Positions 1 through 9,302 of a DNA stretch of 64,000 nucleotides are shown here, piece by piece. How positions within the stretch are numbered: position 1 is the stretch's first letter; every line of letters begins with the position of its first letter. A program made the position numbers and the translations under genes. Origin of the DNA: Dehalococcoidia bacterium (GTDB taxonomy: Bacteria; Chloroflexota; Dehalococcoidia; Bin125); assembly GCA_963663185.1 (NCBI GenBank), contig OY760135.1:2223611-2287610 (forward strand). Direction: 5' to 3'. The notes beneath the pieces were generated by a model, which saw only the letters and a program-made list of their open reading frames with translations, was not told the DNA's origin and ran no database searches.

Positions 1-1330
1 AATAGGCTTCGAGGCTGAGTGGTTCAATCGCGAGACCGTGCTCTCGATCGTCAAGGAACAGTCTGAGCTGACGGTAGATGTCCATCGGGCCGAGGTTCTG
101 CGGCGTGGCGCTCATCAGTACGATCTTGTGATCGCCGGCGTCGAGATACTCCTGTAGGCCTTTGGAGCGCTGGTTGATGTTGCGGAAGTTGTGTGCCTCA
201 TCGATCAGGACGGGCCCGCGGTCGGCGTACTTCTCGTGCAGGACGATGCCGCGCGCGGGGCGGTCGGCATCGAGGTAGCGGTCGAATTCCTCATCGAACT
301 GAGGCGCGCCGGCTGGGACGATCATGCTGTGCGAGACGACCTCAGCGCCCAACTGGAAGCGCTCGTTGAAGGACTGCCACATCGGAATCAGGCTGTCCGG
401 TGCGAGGATCAACGGTTTGCCGTCGTTGGGATAGCTGAAATGGAGCTGTCGCAGCAGCTCGGCGCCGACGTAGGACTTGCCGAGACCGACGACATCGCCG
501 ATGTAGCAGCCGCCGTGCGCGTCGATTATGGCGAGTCCCTGGCGCACGGCGTCGATCTGGAAGTTGGCGAGCTGTTGATCGCGGACGGGCGCGGCGAGAT
601 CGCCGAGCCCGGCGCCAGAGTGATAGAGCTCGTAGAGGGCCTTGAGGTAGATGTCGTAAGGGGAGGCGCGCTGGATCGCCCAAGAGCGATCGAGGTCCTT
701 GACCAGCTCGTCGCTGACGTCTTCCGAGTCCTGCCAGAGGTCGTCAAACCATTCCTGGAGCGCCTGCATTTCGGCGTCGCCGGTGACGCGGACGTTGAGT
801 TCAGTGTTGCCCTCGAAGCCGGCCAGGGTGAGGTTGGAGGAGCCAACGACGGCGGAGCCGCGATCGGGTGAGTGAGGCGGATACCAACAGAGATAGGCCT
901 TGGCGTGCAGCGGACTCTTGAGGTAGGTGTGGACGGCGATCTTGCCGGCCGCGACGAGGTCTCGCAGGCGCTGGACGGCGGCCTGGCTGGAAGCTCGCTG
1001 CGGTAACTGCGCGACGCCGCTGGCGATCAGATCGATGGGCTGACGGGCGACCTCGGATCGGTGGCTGCGCCTGACCGTGCGGTCCTCGCCGAGTTGGAGG
1101 TGGAGCGCGCGCGATTGCTGTAGGCCGCTGGCGACCTCCTCAATAACCTGTTGGTCAGTGCGTCCGACGAGGATACGCACCTGGTCGAGGTTGGCGAGGT
1201 CGTCGGCGAGCGTCTCGAAGCCGCTGATGAAGAAGTAGCCAACGGCGATGTCGGCGCGCACGGAGCCAGCGAGGCTCTGCTGTAGTCGCGTGAGCAGCGA
1301 GGGATCGGTGCGGCTGTGGAGGATATCCAT
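1..1330 (-). CDS. PLD-like (HKD) nuclease domain fused to SNF2-family helicase; N-terminal about 440 aa only, the 3' end runs off the window
   Basis: Minus-strand translation from the ATG at about 1330 gives ...ADIAVGYFFISGFE..., ...HAKAYLCWY...GSAVVGSSNLT (HxK...GSxN, a PLD/HKD motif), then LANFQIDAV...GDVVGLGKSYVG (Walker A) and LIDEAHNFRN (DEAH box) and LMSATPQN (motif III). The ORF track does not list it because no stop lies within the window. Confidence 0.75.
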   Translation of the reverse strand, partial: MDILHSRTDPSLLTRLQQSLAGSVRADIAVGYFFISGFETLADDLANLDQVRILVGRTDQQVIEEVASGLQQSRALHLQLGEDRTVRRSHRSEVARQPIDLIASGVAQLPQRASSQAAVQRLRDLVAAGKIAVHTYLKSPLHAKAYLCWYPPHSPDRGSAVVGSSNLTLAGFEGNTELNVRVTGDAEMQALQEWFDDLWQDSEDVSDELVKDLDRSWAIQRASPYDIYLKALYELYHSGAGLGDLAAPVRDQQLANFQIDAVRQGLAIIDAHGGCYIGDVVGLGKSYVGAELLRQLHFSYPNDGKPLILAPDSLIPMWQSFNERFQLGAEVVSHSMIVPAGAPQFDEEFDRYLDADRPARGIVLHEKYADRGPVLIDEAHNFRNINQRSKGLQEYLDAGDHKIVLMSATPQNLGPMDIYRQLRLFLDDREHGLAIEPLSLEAY

Positions 1331-1687
1331 CGGTTCAGGCGGAGTCGGCGCGCAGCAGAGGGACGAATCCCGCCTGCTCAAAGTCGCGGTCGTAGGCGAG
1401 CGCGTCGTTGATGCCGCGCGCTTCCATGACCAGGAAGCTGGCGCAGTCGGTCAGGCTCCAGGACTGGTCAGGGCGGTCAGCGTAGCGTTCAAGAGCGGCG
1501 CGAAACTGCTCGGAGGTCTGGGGGATTACCTCAACCGCTGACTCCGTGATCAGTTGCTGGACATGCCTTGCCGCGGTCAGCCTCTGGGCCTGACCGCGGC
1601 CTGACAGCCCGGCCAGTACTTCGACGAGGACCATCTCAGTCGTGATGATCTCTTCCGCCAGGAAACGGCGTGACAGTTTCAGCGCCC

Positions 1688-3001
1688 TAGCAGGCTGCTG
1701 AAGAAGGGTATGTGAGATTATGGAGGAGGTGTTGAACCGATAGCTAAGGAGGTCTGCGATGCGCGGCGAGTCAGAGCGGCAGGCGACGATGATGATGGGT
1801 TTGACGCCGGACGGCTTCGTGCCCAAGAGTCACCCATTGCGGCGGATCAAGCCGCTGGTGGACTCGGCGTTGCGGCGCATGTCGCCCCTGTTCGACGAGA
1901 TTTACGCGGACAACGGGCGGCCCTCGATTCCGCCCGAGCACCTGCTCAAGTCGAGCCTGCTGATGGCCTTCTTTACGGTCCGCTCGGAGCGCCAGTTCTG
2001 CGAGCAGCTGCGCTGCAACCTGCTGTTCAAGTGGTTCCTGGACCTGAACGTGGAAGACGAGCCGTTCCATCCGACGACGTTCACGAAGAACCGTGAACGG
2101 CTCATGGATGCGGACGCGGCGCGGGTGCTGCTCAAGGAAGTCGTGCGCGAGGTGCGGCGGCGGCGGCGGCTCTCGGCCGACCACTTCACGGTTGACGGCA
2201 CGCTGCTTGACGCCTGTGCCTCGCACAAGAGCTATCGACCGCGCGATGAGCGACCGCCGGATGATGGTCGGCACGGCGGCCGCAACCACGACGTCGACTT
2301 CAAGGGCGAACGCCGCAGTCGCGACACGCACGCCTTGACGACCGACCCCGAGGCGCGGCTCTACCGCAAAGGCAAGCAGCAGGATGCCAGGCTCTGTTAC
2401 CTGGGCCATCTGCTGACCGAGAACCGTCATGGGCTGGTGGTTGATGTCGAACTGACCGAGGCCGACGGCTACGCCGAACGCGAGGCCGCCCTGGCGATGC
2501 TCACACGCAGTGTCAGGGGGCCGGCCACGCTGGGCGCGGACCGGGCCTACGACACGCGCGACTTCGTCTGGGACTTACGCGCGCTGGGGGTGACGCCCCA
2601 TGTGGCGCAGAACGAACAAGGCCGGCGCAGCGCGATCGACCGTCGCACGACCCGGCATCCGGGCTACGCGCAGAGTCAACGTCGGCGCAAACGGGTCGAA
2701 GAGGTCTTCGGCTGGATCAAGACCGTCGGCGCCGGCGGCAAGTTGCGCTACCTCGGCCGGGCCCGCAACAAGCTCTGGTTGGAACTGACCGCCGCGGCCT
2801 ACAACCTCACCCGCCTGGCCAACCTCGAGGCGGCCGCCGCATAGCTGAACCGCGCGGCCGCGGCCTCAAGCATCGGATCCAGCGCCCCGGATCCCGCCCT
2901 CTCACTTACAGGACCTGCCCGCGATCCCTGCTTAGCCAGCGCCCACTCGTCGAAGATGGCCAGGTCTGGCACGTATCATCCGTAGTTCAGCAGCCTGCTA
3001 G
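1688..3001 (+). mobile_element. IS5-family insertion sequence, about 1.3 kb, with 12-bp perfect terminal inverted repeats (caggctgctgaa / ttcagcagcctg) and a 4-bp target-site duplication CTAG (matches YTAR)
   Basis: Left end is ...gcgcc CTAG caggctgctgaa... and right end is ...ttcagcagcctg CTAG cgcgc.... A single DDE transposase ORF lies inside. The insertion interrupts a reading frame that is otherwise continuous. Confidence 0.8.
1759..2844 (+). CDS. IS5-family (IS4/IS5 superfamily, DDE) transposase
   Basis: N-terminus MMMGLTPDGFVPKSHPLRRIKPLVD...EHLLKSSLLMAFF...CNLLFKWFLDL...TFTKNRERL is typical of IS5-group transposases. DDE region at ...DGTLLDAC...LGADRAYD.... The true start may be the MMMG at about 1789. 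Confidence 0.85.
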   Translation: MRGESERQATMMMGLTPDGFVPKSHPLRRIKPLVDSALRRMSPLFDEIYADNGRPSIPPEHLLKSSLLMAFFTVRSERQFCEQLRCNLLFKWFLDLNVEDEPFHPTTFTKNRERLMDADAARVLLKEVVREVRRRRRLSADHFTVDGTLLDACASHKSYRPRDERPPDDGRHGGRNHDVDFKGERRSRDTHALTTDPEARLYRKGKQQDARLCYLGHLLTENRHGLVVDVELTEADGYAEREAALAMLTRSVRGPATLGADRAYDTRDFVWDLRALGVTPHVAQNEQGRRSAIDRRTTRHPGYAQSQRRRKRVEEVFGWIKTVGAGGKLRYLGRARNKLWLELTAAAYNLTRLANLEAAAA

Positions 3002-3064
3002 CGCGCAACGTATCTCGCGGCTCAATGAGCGCAAGCCAGTAACCCGTGTCGGCGAAGACGACGC

Positions 3065-3361
3065 TCACTCGTCCTCTTCTTTCAGGTGGCCGTAGAGGTA
3101 GTGCTTCTTGTTGCGGGCGAAATCGGTTGGTGGCCCTTCGAGTTCCTCGGACGGCCACGTCGCCTGCTCTGCCAGGATAAAACGGACATAGTCGGGATAC
3201 GGCAGTTCCGGTTCCGACTCTGGCACGGAGGTTTCAGCGGAGGAGAGCGGCATGGGCAATTCAGTCACGTCCAGGGAGACTGGGCAGCCCTCTTTGAGAT
3301 CGTGCGGGTCGAGCGGGGTGAGGACGCCGTTGGCGTAGATGGCTCGGATGGTGGTGGTCAT
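3065..3361 (-). CDS. DUF104/AF2212-like antitoxin, partner of the PIN toxin, with a C-terminal extension
   Basis: MTTTIRAIYANGVLTPLDPHDLKEGCPVSLDV is the classic start of the small antitoxins that pair with VapC. Its stop overlaps the vapC GTG start. Confidence 0.75.
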   Translation of the reverse strand: MTTTIRAIYANGVLTPLDPHDLKEGCPVSLDVTELPMPLSSAETSVPESEPELPYPDYVRFILAEQATWPSEELEGPPTDFARNKKHYLYGHLKEEDE

Positions 3362-3517
3362 GGCCGCGCTCCGATCACTTCCACGCTCAGTTTACCTGAG
3401 TTGACGCGACGCTCCGGCGGACTCGATGCTGAGGTCGTCGATACGCTGAGGTGTTTGAGATTGTTGGTCAGCAGCGCCAGCTCGTGTTGTAGCGCTGTCA
3501 CGGCGATCAGGGGGCGG

Positions 3518-3538
3518 GTCCCCGATCAAGTCGGGGAC
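3518..3538. repeat. gtccccga-tcaag-tcggggac hairpin (same family) in the region between the antitoxin gene and the surface-protein gene
   Basis: 8-bp perfect stem. Confidence 0.45.
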
Positions 3539-3850
3539 GGATAAGGCTGGGCCACGCTCTCCGTTCTGCCACCAAACTCGTCCAGCGCCGACAGCAGCCG
3601 CTCACAACATCCAGCCCAGTCGGGGCTTTGTCCAGCATCAGCTCGTCTACGAAGGCGGCGGAGCGAAAACCCGCGCGTCCGACGAGACTGAACGATCACC
3701 GTATTGCGATGCGGGCGCGAGCACCTGGACAAGCAGGTCGACTTCCAGTATCGTTTTCCGAGACGATGCAGCGTTTGCCATGCCGTTTGGCTGGTGAGAC
3801 GGGAGCAACCAGGAGCAGTGAACGGCTCGCGGAGCCGCAGATGGGAGCGG

Positions 3851-5956
3851 ATGATGTTAGGCCAGCACATGTTTACTCACCGAATGCATACCCGCCGAGC
3901 GCTCGCACTGCTGGCGCTGATAATCGTTGCCGCGCTTGCCGTCAATACTGGCGCTAACAGGGGCATCATTCTCGGCGCCGAAGGGCCGAGCCTCACGATC
4001 AGTTCCACTACCGCGGGCGCCATCACCGAGACCCTTGAGAGCGGAACTCAGACTGGCCTGGTTGGGATCAACCTGGTGACCGGGCAGGAAGTGACGTATA
4101 GGTTAGAGACCAATGCGAATTCCAACACTCCTCCATCCGACGTATCCGAAATGTACCTGGACTTATTTTGTCGGTGTAACCGAACGGCCGATGTCGTCTC
4201 GTACACGACCAAAGCCGGGACCCCTGCTGCAACCAAGGTCAGTCTCCCCGATGTGAACGTGAAAATCGAAGGGGCGCCTCTACCGGCAGACGCGTTTCCG
4301 ATCGAGTTCACACTGAAGGGCTTGCGCAGCACTCGATTAACGTCCGGCACAGGCCGAAGCATGACCCCCACGCAGGTGGGTCGTGCCTATACAGCTGCCG
4401 TCTATTGGAAACAAGCTGGCCAGGTGACCAGTAACGGAGTCGTTGGGCGGATCATCGTCCGCGAACGCAGCCATTCCGTAGCTGAAAGCATGATGCAGTA
4501 TGTGTCGATCGATAACGCCGCGGATGTCATGAAAGGCGGCGCCATCAGCTATCCCGTTCGGCTCTCCGACCGGCAGCAACATCCCGTCAACGCGACCCAG
4601 AACATCCATCTCGTCATCACCACCTCCTCCGATTACACGGACACATATGACAATCCCGTGACGCCGCTCAATCAGCACGTTGTGATGATACCGATGGGCG
4701 CATCCTCCACCACGATCTCGGTGCAATCCAGGGCCGATGTGCAAACGCGTCCTGTTGAACGTGTCTACATTAAGGCGTATCTGAGAGACCACCCTGACGG
4801 TGTGACCTTCTTTGATCCATATGAGCAGTTTGATGCGATCGGCAAGGTAGTCGAGGGCACCGCGTTTAGCTTCCTGTACCCAACCTTTGAAGGCGGAGAA
4901 GGAAGCATCATGCCTATTCCGATTCGGGTGGAAGGCAACGTCAATGTGGGCGAGTTCGTGCTGCGATTAAACTTCTCATTCTGGGCGCCGAGGGGGTACT
5001 CCAAGGCCGCGGATGCGAATGATCTGGGGAATATCAGTCAATATGACTGCCGAATCAATCCGACCACACGAGGGGAACATTTGATCAGCCTGCCTCTGCA
5101 TCAGGACAACATGTCCGAACCGTCTGAGGCATTTGTGATGCAGCTGAGTCTGGTCAGCGCGCCCGTCGGTGTGACTGCTAGTGCAACTCCAAACTACTAC
5201 TTCAAGCAAAGGAATCTCGCGTACGGATACATCCATGAACAGCCTCCCTATACGTACCACAACCTCACCTCCGACTGCGTGACGGTTGAGGCACAGGGTT
5301 CCGTTCCAAGTTCCCAGCCGCTGCGTTCTCCAATCAGCTTGGGCGCAAGCGCTATAGCACTCGGTGAGGGCAGCAGCTTCAGTTACGACGTCACGCTCGA
5401 GAGCGACCCAGGCGAGCAGAGAGTGACCGTCACCCCCATCAGCAGCGACGAGGATACCATCGAGTCGCCGACCCCAATCTCGTTTGATTCCGGCAACTGG
5501 GATCAACCACAGCAGGTGATAGTGTCCGCCGCCGCTGATGCCGATGATGAGGATGACGTCGTAATGATCGGACATCGGGTTGAAGGCGTCAACGATGCCC
5601 CGGTCGGGCCGGCTATCTTCGCCACGGTCACGGAGCAACCGACAGTGGGTCTCGACTTGCGTCAGCCCACGCAACGATCATTCGGCGATCAACCATTCTT
5701 CGCCTACTGGATCCGACTTGACCGGCAACCGTCGTCCGATCTCGAAGTCGAACTGGCGCCTGCATCAGATAGCGTTGGCGTACAGTTGCATACAAACAGT
5801 CTCAGCTTCACCACCGAGAACTGGGATCGCTATCAGATCGTGGTACTGAAACCGCTAGACAGTTCTGCCGGCAGCGAGCTCAAGATCACTCACAGCGCGA
5901 CGACTCACATCATCAACAGCGGCGAGTCAGTCTCAGCCACGATCTCAGGTAGCTGA
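3851..5956 (+). CDS. Large secreted or membrane-anchored surface protein with repeated beta-sandwich modules (Calx-beta-like or cadherin-like)
   Basis: Start at MMLGQHMFTHRMHTRRALALLALIIVAALAVNTGA (signal peptide or anchor). Recurrent modules end in ...SEPSEAFVMQLSLVSAP, ...ISFDSGNWDQPQQVIVSAAADADDEDD and ...LSFTTENWDRYQIVVLKPLD. GC is about 55% against about 67% for the flanks. Confidence 0.6.
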   Translation: MMLGQHMFTHRMHTRRALALLALIIVAALAVNTGANRGIILGAEGPSLTISSTTAGAITETLESGTQTGLVGINLVTGQEVTYRLETNANSNTPPSDVSEMYLDLFCRCNRTADVVSYTTKAGTPAATKVSLPDVNVKIEGAPLPADAFPIEFTLKGLRSTRLTSGTGRSMTPTQVGRAYTAAVYWKQAGQVTSNGVVGRIIVRERSHSVAESMMQYVSIDNAADVMKGGAISYPVRLSDRQQHPVNATQNIHLVITTSSDYTDTYDNPVTPLNQHVVMIPMGASSTTISVQSRADVQTRPVERVYIKAYLRDHPDGVTFFDPYEQFDAIGKVVEGTAFSFLYPTFEGGEGSIMPIPIRVEGNVNVGEFVLRLNFSFWAPRGYSKAADANDLGNISQYDCRINPTTRGEHLISLPLHQDNMSEPSEAFVMQLSLVSAPVGVTASATPNYYFKQRNLAYGYIHEQPPYTYHNLTSDCVTVEAQGSVPSSQPLRSPISLGASAIALGEGSSFSYDVTLESDPGEQRVTVTPISSDEDTIESPTPISFDSGNWDQPQQVIVSAAADADDEDDVVMIGHRVEGVNDAPVGPAIFATVTEQPTVGLDLRQPTQRSFGDQPFFAYWIRLDRQPSSDLEVELAPASDSVGVQLHTNSLSFTTENWDRYQIVVLKPLDSSAGSELKITHSATTHIINSGESVSATISGS

Positions 5957-5969
5957 GGGGAGAGCTATC

Positions 5970-6048
5970 GGTCCCCGCCCCCGAGCGGGGACCTGTCCCC
6001 TTCCCTCGCAGGCCGCTGCCAAGCAGGTCCCCGCTCGGGGGCGGGGAC
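5970..6048. terminator. Pair of inverted GC-rich hairpins (ggtccccgc-N6-gcggggacc at 5970-5993, and its reverse complement at 6027-6048) between two convergent genes
   Basis: 9-bp and 8-bp perfect stems. The second element is the exact reverse complement of the first, including the loop. Confidence 0.6.
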
Positions 6049-6178
6049 GGTTGGGGCGGCGCTGCATCCTGGTCGAGAGCGAGCAGCAGAAACTCGTCGC
6101 GTCTCGAACTCGCGCTGGAACTGCTGCTCCAGGTCCCGACCACGGTCGCAGCCCTCAGGGTCACGAGCTGAACAAGGG

Positions 6179-6469
6179 TTAGCCTGCGATCTCGTTGATC
6201 TGCTGCGCCAGCGAGAAGTCAAAGTCGGTGACGCCGCCGGCGTCGTGCGTGTTGAGGTCAATCGTGACGCGGTTGTAGACGTTAGACCAGTTGGGATGGT
6301 GGTCCAGCTTCTCGGCCAGCAACGCGACCGACGCCATGAAGCCGAACGCGGCCACGAAGTGGTCGAAGCCGAACTCGCGATGCAGCGAGCCATCGGTGTA
6401 AGACCAGCCGTCAATCTCCGGGAGGCGCGACGCGATCTCTGTCTCGTCCAACTTGCGGCGCTCAGGCAT
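6179..6469 (-). CDS. phhB: Pterin-4-alpha-carbinolamine dehydratase
   Basis: ...EKLDHHPNWSNVYNRVTIDLNTHDAGGVTDFDFSLAQQI is the hallmark PCD/DCoH motif. Confidence 0.85.
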   Translation of the reverse strand: MPERRKLDETEIASRLPEIDGWSYTDGSLHREFGFDHFVAAFGFMASVALLAEKLDHHPNWSNVYNRVTIDLNTHDAGGVTDFDFSLAQQINEIAG

Positions 6470-6519
6470 GTCAACCTCCTATGGTGATCTCACAACGCTG
6501 CTGCGAGTATAGGAACCCG

Positions 6520-6948
6520 ATGCCCACGCTCAACGATGTCCGCCGCACACTGGAACAGGCGAGGCACGGCTATCTCTCGACCGCGTCAGCGGCGGGCGAA
6601 CCGCACCTGCAACCAGTCGTATTCCAGGTCGTGGGCGAGTCGGTGTACATCGCCATTGATGAGAAGCCGAAAACGACGCTGCGGCTGCGTCGGTTGACGA
6701 ATATCGAGTCGAATCCGCAGTTCGCGCTGTTGGTGGACCACTACTCCGACGATTGGTCAGAGCTGTGGTGGGTCCTCCTGCGCGGTCCCGCAGAGGTGTG
6801 GTGGCCAAGCCAGTGGTCAGAGGACGAGGCGAGGCCTGTCATCGCCGCGCTGAGGCGGAAGTATCCGCAGTACGAGGCGATGCGATTGGAGGATCGCCCA
6901 CTCCTCAAGCTCACACCTGAGCGAGTCAACAGCTGGTCCGCGACATGA
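6520..6948 (+). CDS. PPOX-class (pyridoxamine 5'-phosphate oxidase-like), probably an F420-dependent enzyme
   Basis: MPTLNDVRRTLEQARHGYLSTA...PHLQPVVFQVVGESVYIAIDEKPK...NPQFALLVDHYSDDW... has the split-barrel FMN/F420-binding fold pattern. Confidence 0.7.
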   Translation: MPTLNDVRRTLEQARHGYLSTASAAGEPHLQPVVFQVVGESVYIAIDEKPKTTLRLRRLTNIESNPQFALLVDHYSDDWSELWWVLLRGPAEVWWPSQWSEDEARPVIAALRRKYPQYEAMRLEDRPLLKLTPERVNSWSAT

Positions 6949-7108
6949 GCGTTCATGGCCGCGGTCTGCGCCGAGGCGTCGGGGTGGGTACATGCGATGT
7001 CGATTGCGTGACGGCCGTTACGGCATGGAGCGCCGTCTCCTCAGTGCTGGAACCTGAGGCGGCACCTATCCGTTGCGCGTCCGGGCTGATCCTCTGATCG
7101 GTTCCAGC

Positions 7109-7915
7109 CTATGAGAAATCGCGGCCGGTGATGTCGCTGTAGCGACGATCGACCGCCGTCCAGCCGCCGTCAACCACGATCGCCTGACCGGTGACGAAGG
7201 ATGAATCGTCCGACGCGAGATACAGCGCCGTTTGCGCGATATCGATTCCCTCGCCCGAGCGTCCCAGCGGGTGCGCCTGAGCGCCGCGCTCGCGGCGGCG
7301 TTCGAGATTGTCTGGATCTTGCGGGCCTTGCGTATCGTCGCCGATGCGCGTCGCGATCGCGCCCGGACAGATGCAATTGATACGGATGCCTTTAGATGCC
7401 CACTCGCCCGCCGCGGCCCTGGTCAGCGCAATCACGCCGCCCTTGGAGGCGCAGTAGGCCCCGATCCCTGCGAGTCCCGACAAACCCGCCACTGAGGCCG
7501 TAGAAATGATCGATCCGCCGCCGGCGCGCTCGAGGTGCGGAATCCCGTACTTCATCCCTAGCCAGACGCCGCGCAGGTTGATCGCAATGATCTCGTCAAA
7601 GACATCCTCCGGGCAGTCTCGGACATTGTCCTCACGGGCGCCAATGCCCGCGTTGTTGTAGACGATGTTGACGCCGCCGAATCGTTCAACGGCTGCGGAG
7701 TACATTGCCTGCACGTCTTCGCCGCGAGAGACGTCGGCCGTGAAAGCGGCCGCCGAATCGCCAATCTGCAGCGCCGCGTCCTCGGCGCGTTCCGCCCAGC
7801 GGTCAACCACCAGTACCTGGGCGCCTTCCTGGGCGAAGAGTTCTGCGGTGGCGCGGCCCATGCCGGCGCCTGCGCCGGTGATCACGGCCACCTTACCTTC
7901 GAGTCGTCCTGGCAT
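7109..7915 (-). CDS. SDR-family NAD(P)-dependent oxidoreductase
   Basis: GKVAVITGAGAGMGRA (TGxxxGxG), NNAG, and the YxxxK equivalent at GAYCASKGG. Confidence 0.85.
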   Translation of the reverse strand: MPGRLEGKVAVITGAGAGMGRATAELFAQEGAQVLVVDRWAERAEDAALQIGDSAAAFTADVSRGEDVQAMYSAAVERFGGVNIVYNNAGIGAREDNVRDCPEDVFDEIIAINLRGVWLGMKYGIPHLERAGGGSIISTASVAGLSGLAGIGAYCASKGGVIALTRAAAGEWASKGIRINCICPGAIATRIGDDTQGPQDPDNLERRRERGAQAHPLGRSGEGIDIAQTALYLASDDSSFVTGQAIVVDGGWTAVDRRYSDITGRDFS

Positions 7916-8042
7916 GGCTCAATCCTTCCTCAATGCTCGTAGGAGGCTAGCACTCAGCACGTGACATTCAGCACGCGACACTCAGGTGCGGCTTCAGGCG
8001 GATTGCAGCTAGCGGAGCCCGCGATGCCGCACTGCGCCGGGA

Positions 8043-9299
8043 TTAAGTGAGCGCGTCGGCGATGGCGAGCTGCGCGATGCGTTCATCGTCGTAACCGAGG
8101 ATGTCGCGCAGGACGAGCTCGTTGTCGCGTCCGATTGACGGTGCCGACGATCGATAGCTCGGCGGCGTCTCCGACATCTGCCCTTTGGCCGCCTCGATCG
8201 TCGTAACGCCATGCACCGGATGCTCCATCGTGATGAAGTGCTGACGGTGTCGCAGCTGCGGATCGTCGGGCGCGACGGAGCTGTTCGAGACGGCGTGAGC
8301 AGGAATGCCGAAGGCTTGCAGCATGTACTCGATCTGGACAGCGTGATGCTGCGCGGTCCAGGCCGCCACCATCTCACTCAGTTCGGTTTCGTGGGACTTG
8401 CGAGCCGCGAGGTCGGCGAAGCGGTCGTCGCAGGTGAGCTCGGCCTGTCCCATCGCCACACAGAGGTTGGCCCAATCCTCGTCGTTGCGGATAGCGATCG
8501 CGACCCAGTCATCATCACCGCTGGCGCGGAAGCAGCCGTGCGGCGCCATGTCGGGGTCCGAGTTGCCAACGAGCTGAGGCACGCGACCGTTGATGGTGTA
8601 GTCGAGCAGCGCCGTTGACATAAAGTGCAGCGATGACTCCGCTTGCGCCTGGTCAATGTAGAGGCCTTCGCCAGTGCGGTCGCGGTGATCGAGCGCTGCC
8701 AGAATCGTCGGCAGCGAGAATCGCGGCGACAGGTAGTCCGTATAGGCGGAGTACGGTCCGACGGGCGCTTCGCCGGGATTGCCGGCGAGTGCGATGTAGC
8801 CGCCGATCGCCGCGCCCATCGTCCCGAAACCGGCCACTCGCGAGAGCGGCCCTTCCTGTCCAAACAGGCAGGTGGAGAGCATGATCAAGTCAGGGTGGGC
8901 TTGGCGCAAGGACTCGTAATCCATGCCCCAGGCGCGCATGGCGCGCGGCGAGAAGGATTCCGCCAGCACGTCGCACCAACCGATCAGGTCGAGCAGGACG
9001 TCGCGCCCCGCCTCGACGCCAAGGTTGAGCGATAGCCCCAGCTTGTTGACGTTCATGTTGCTGAACAGGCCTGAGTGGTCCGGCCCCTGCGCGTTGTGAT
9101 GGAACGGTCCGATCCCGCGCGCGGTTTCGATCCGATTGGCGGACTCGATCCGCACCACGGTGGCGCCGAAGTCGGCCATCGTGCGCGTGGCTGTGGGCCC
9201 CGCGACGACCCACATCAGGTCGAGCACTTTGAGGCCCGCTAACGCTCCGTCCGTCGGAATGCTTGGAATGCTCGGCAGTGGCGTCGTCATCTGATTCAC
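8043..9299 (-). CDS. Family-III CoA-transferase (CaiB/BaiF family)
   Basis: LAGLKVLDLMWVVAGPTATRTMADFGATVVRIE is the typical N-terminus. Full-length, about 410 aa. Confidence 0.85.
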   Translation of the reverse strand: MNQMTTPLPSIPSIPTDGALAGLKVLDLMWVVAGPTATRTMADFGATVVRIESANRIETARGIGPFHHNAQGPDHSGLFSNMNVNKLGLSLNLGVEAGRDVLLDLIGWCDVLAESFSPRAMRAWGMDYESLRQAHPDLIMLSTCLFGQEGPLSRVAGFGTMGAAIGGYIALAGNPGEAPVGPYSAYTDYLSPRFSLPTILAALDHRDRTGEGLYIDQAQAESSLHFMSTALLDYTINGRVPQLVGNSDPDMAPHGCFRASGDDDWVAIAIRNDEDWANLCVAMGQAELTCDDRFADLAARKSHETELSEMVAAWTAQHHAVQIEYMLQAFGIPAHAVSNSSVAPDDPQLRHRQHFITMEHPVHGVTTIEAAKGQMSETPPSYRSSAPSIGRDNELVLRDILGYDDERIAQLAIADALT

Positions 9300-9302
9300 C
9301 CT

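Larger units (their letters stand above)
1335..3067 (-). pseudogene. vapC: vapC-type PIN-domain toxin gene split by an IS insertion (5' fragment about 3002-3067, 3' fragment about 1335-1687)
   Basis: The 5' piece encodes VSVVFADTGYWLALIEPRDTLRA, which then runs into the IS. The 3' piece encodes ...ARALKLSRRFLAEEIITTEM...LTDCASFLVMEARG...YDRDFEQAGF, carrying all four PIN acidic residues. Removing the IS and one CTAG copy joins the two pieces in frame into about 136 aa. The GTG start overlaps the antitoxin stop (GTGA). Confidence 0.8.

Noticed and set aside
191-871. 226-aa plus-strand ORF
   Set aside because: It is antisense to the clearly conserved SNF2/PLD helicase frame on the minus strand. 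Its Ala/Gly/Val/Asp-rich composition is typical of shadow ORFs in high-GC DNA.
3362-3850. Possible remnant ORF on the minus strand (...VTALQHELALLTNNLKHLS...) and ORFs 3526-3870 and 3628-3957
   Set aside because: They are short, have no start codon or ribosome-binding-site context and no recognisable motif. They are more likely untranslated leader or decayed sequence around the GTCCCCGA hairpin.
5965-6474. 169-aa minus-strand ORF overlapping phhB
   Set aside because: Arg/Ala/Ser/Thr-rich low-complexity translation in an alternative frame of the phhB locus. phhB has the conserved motifs, this ORF has none.
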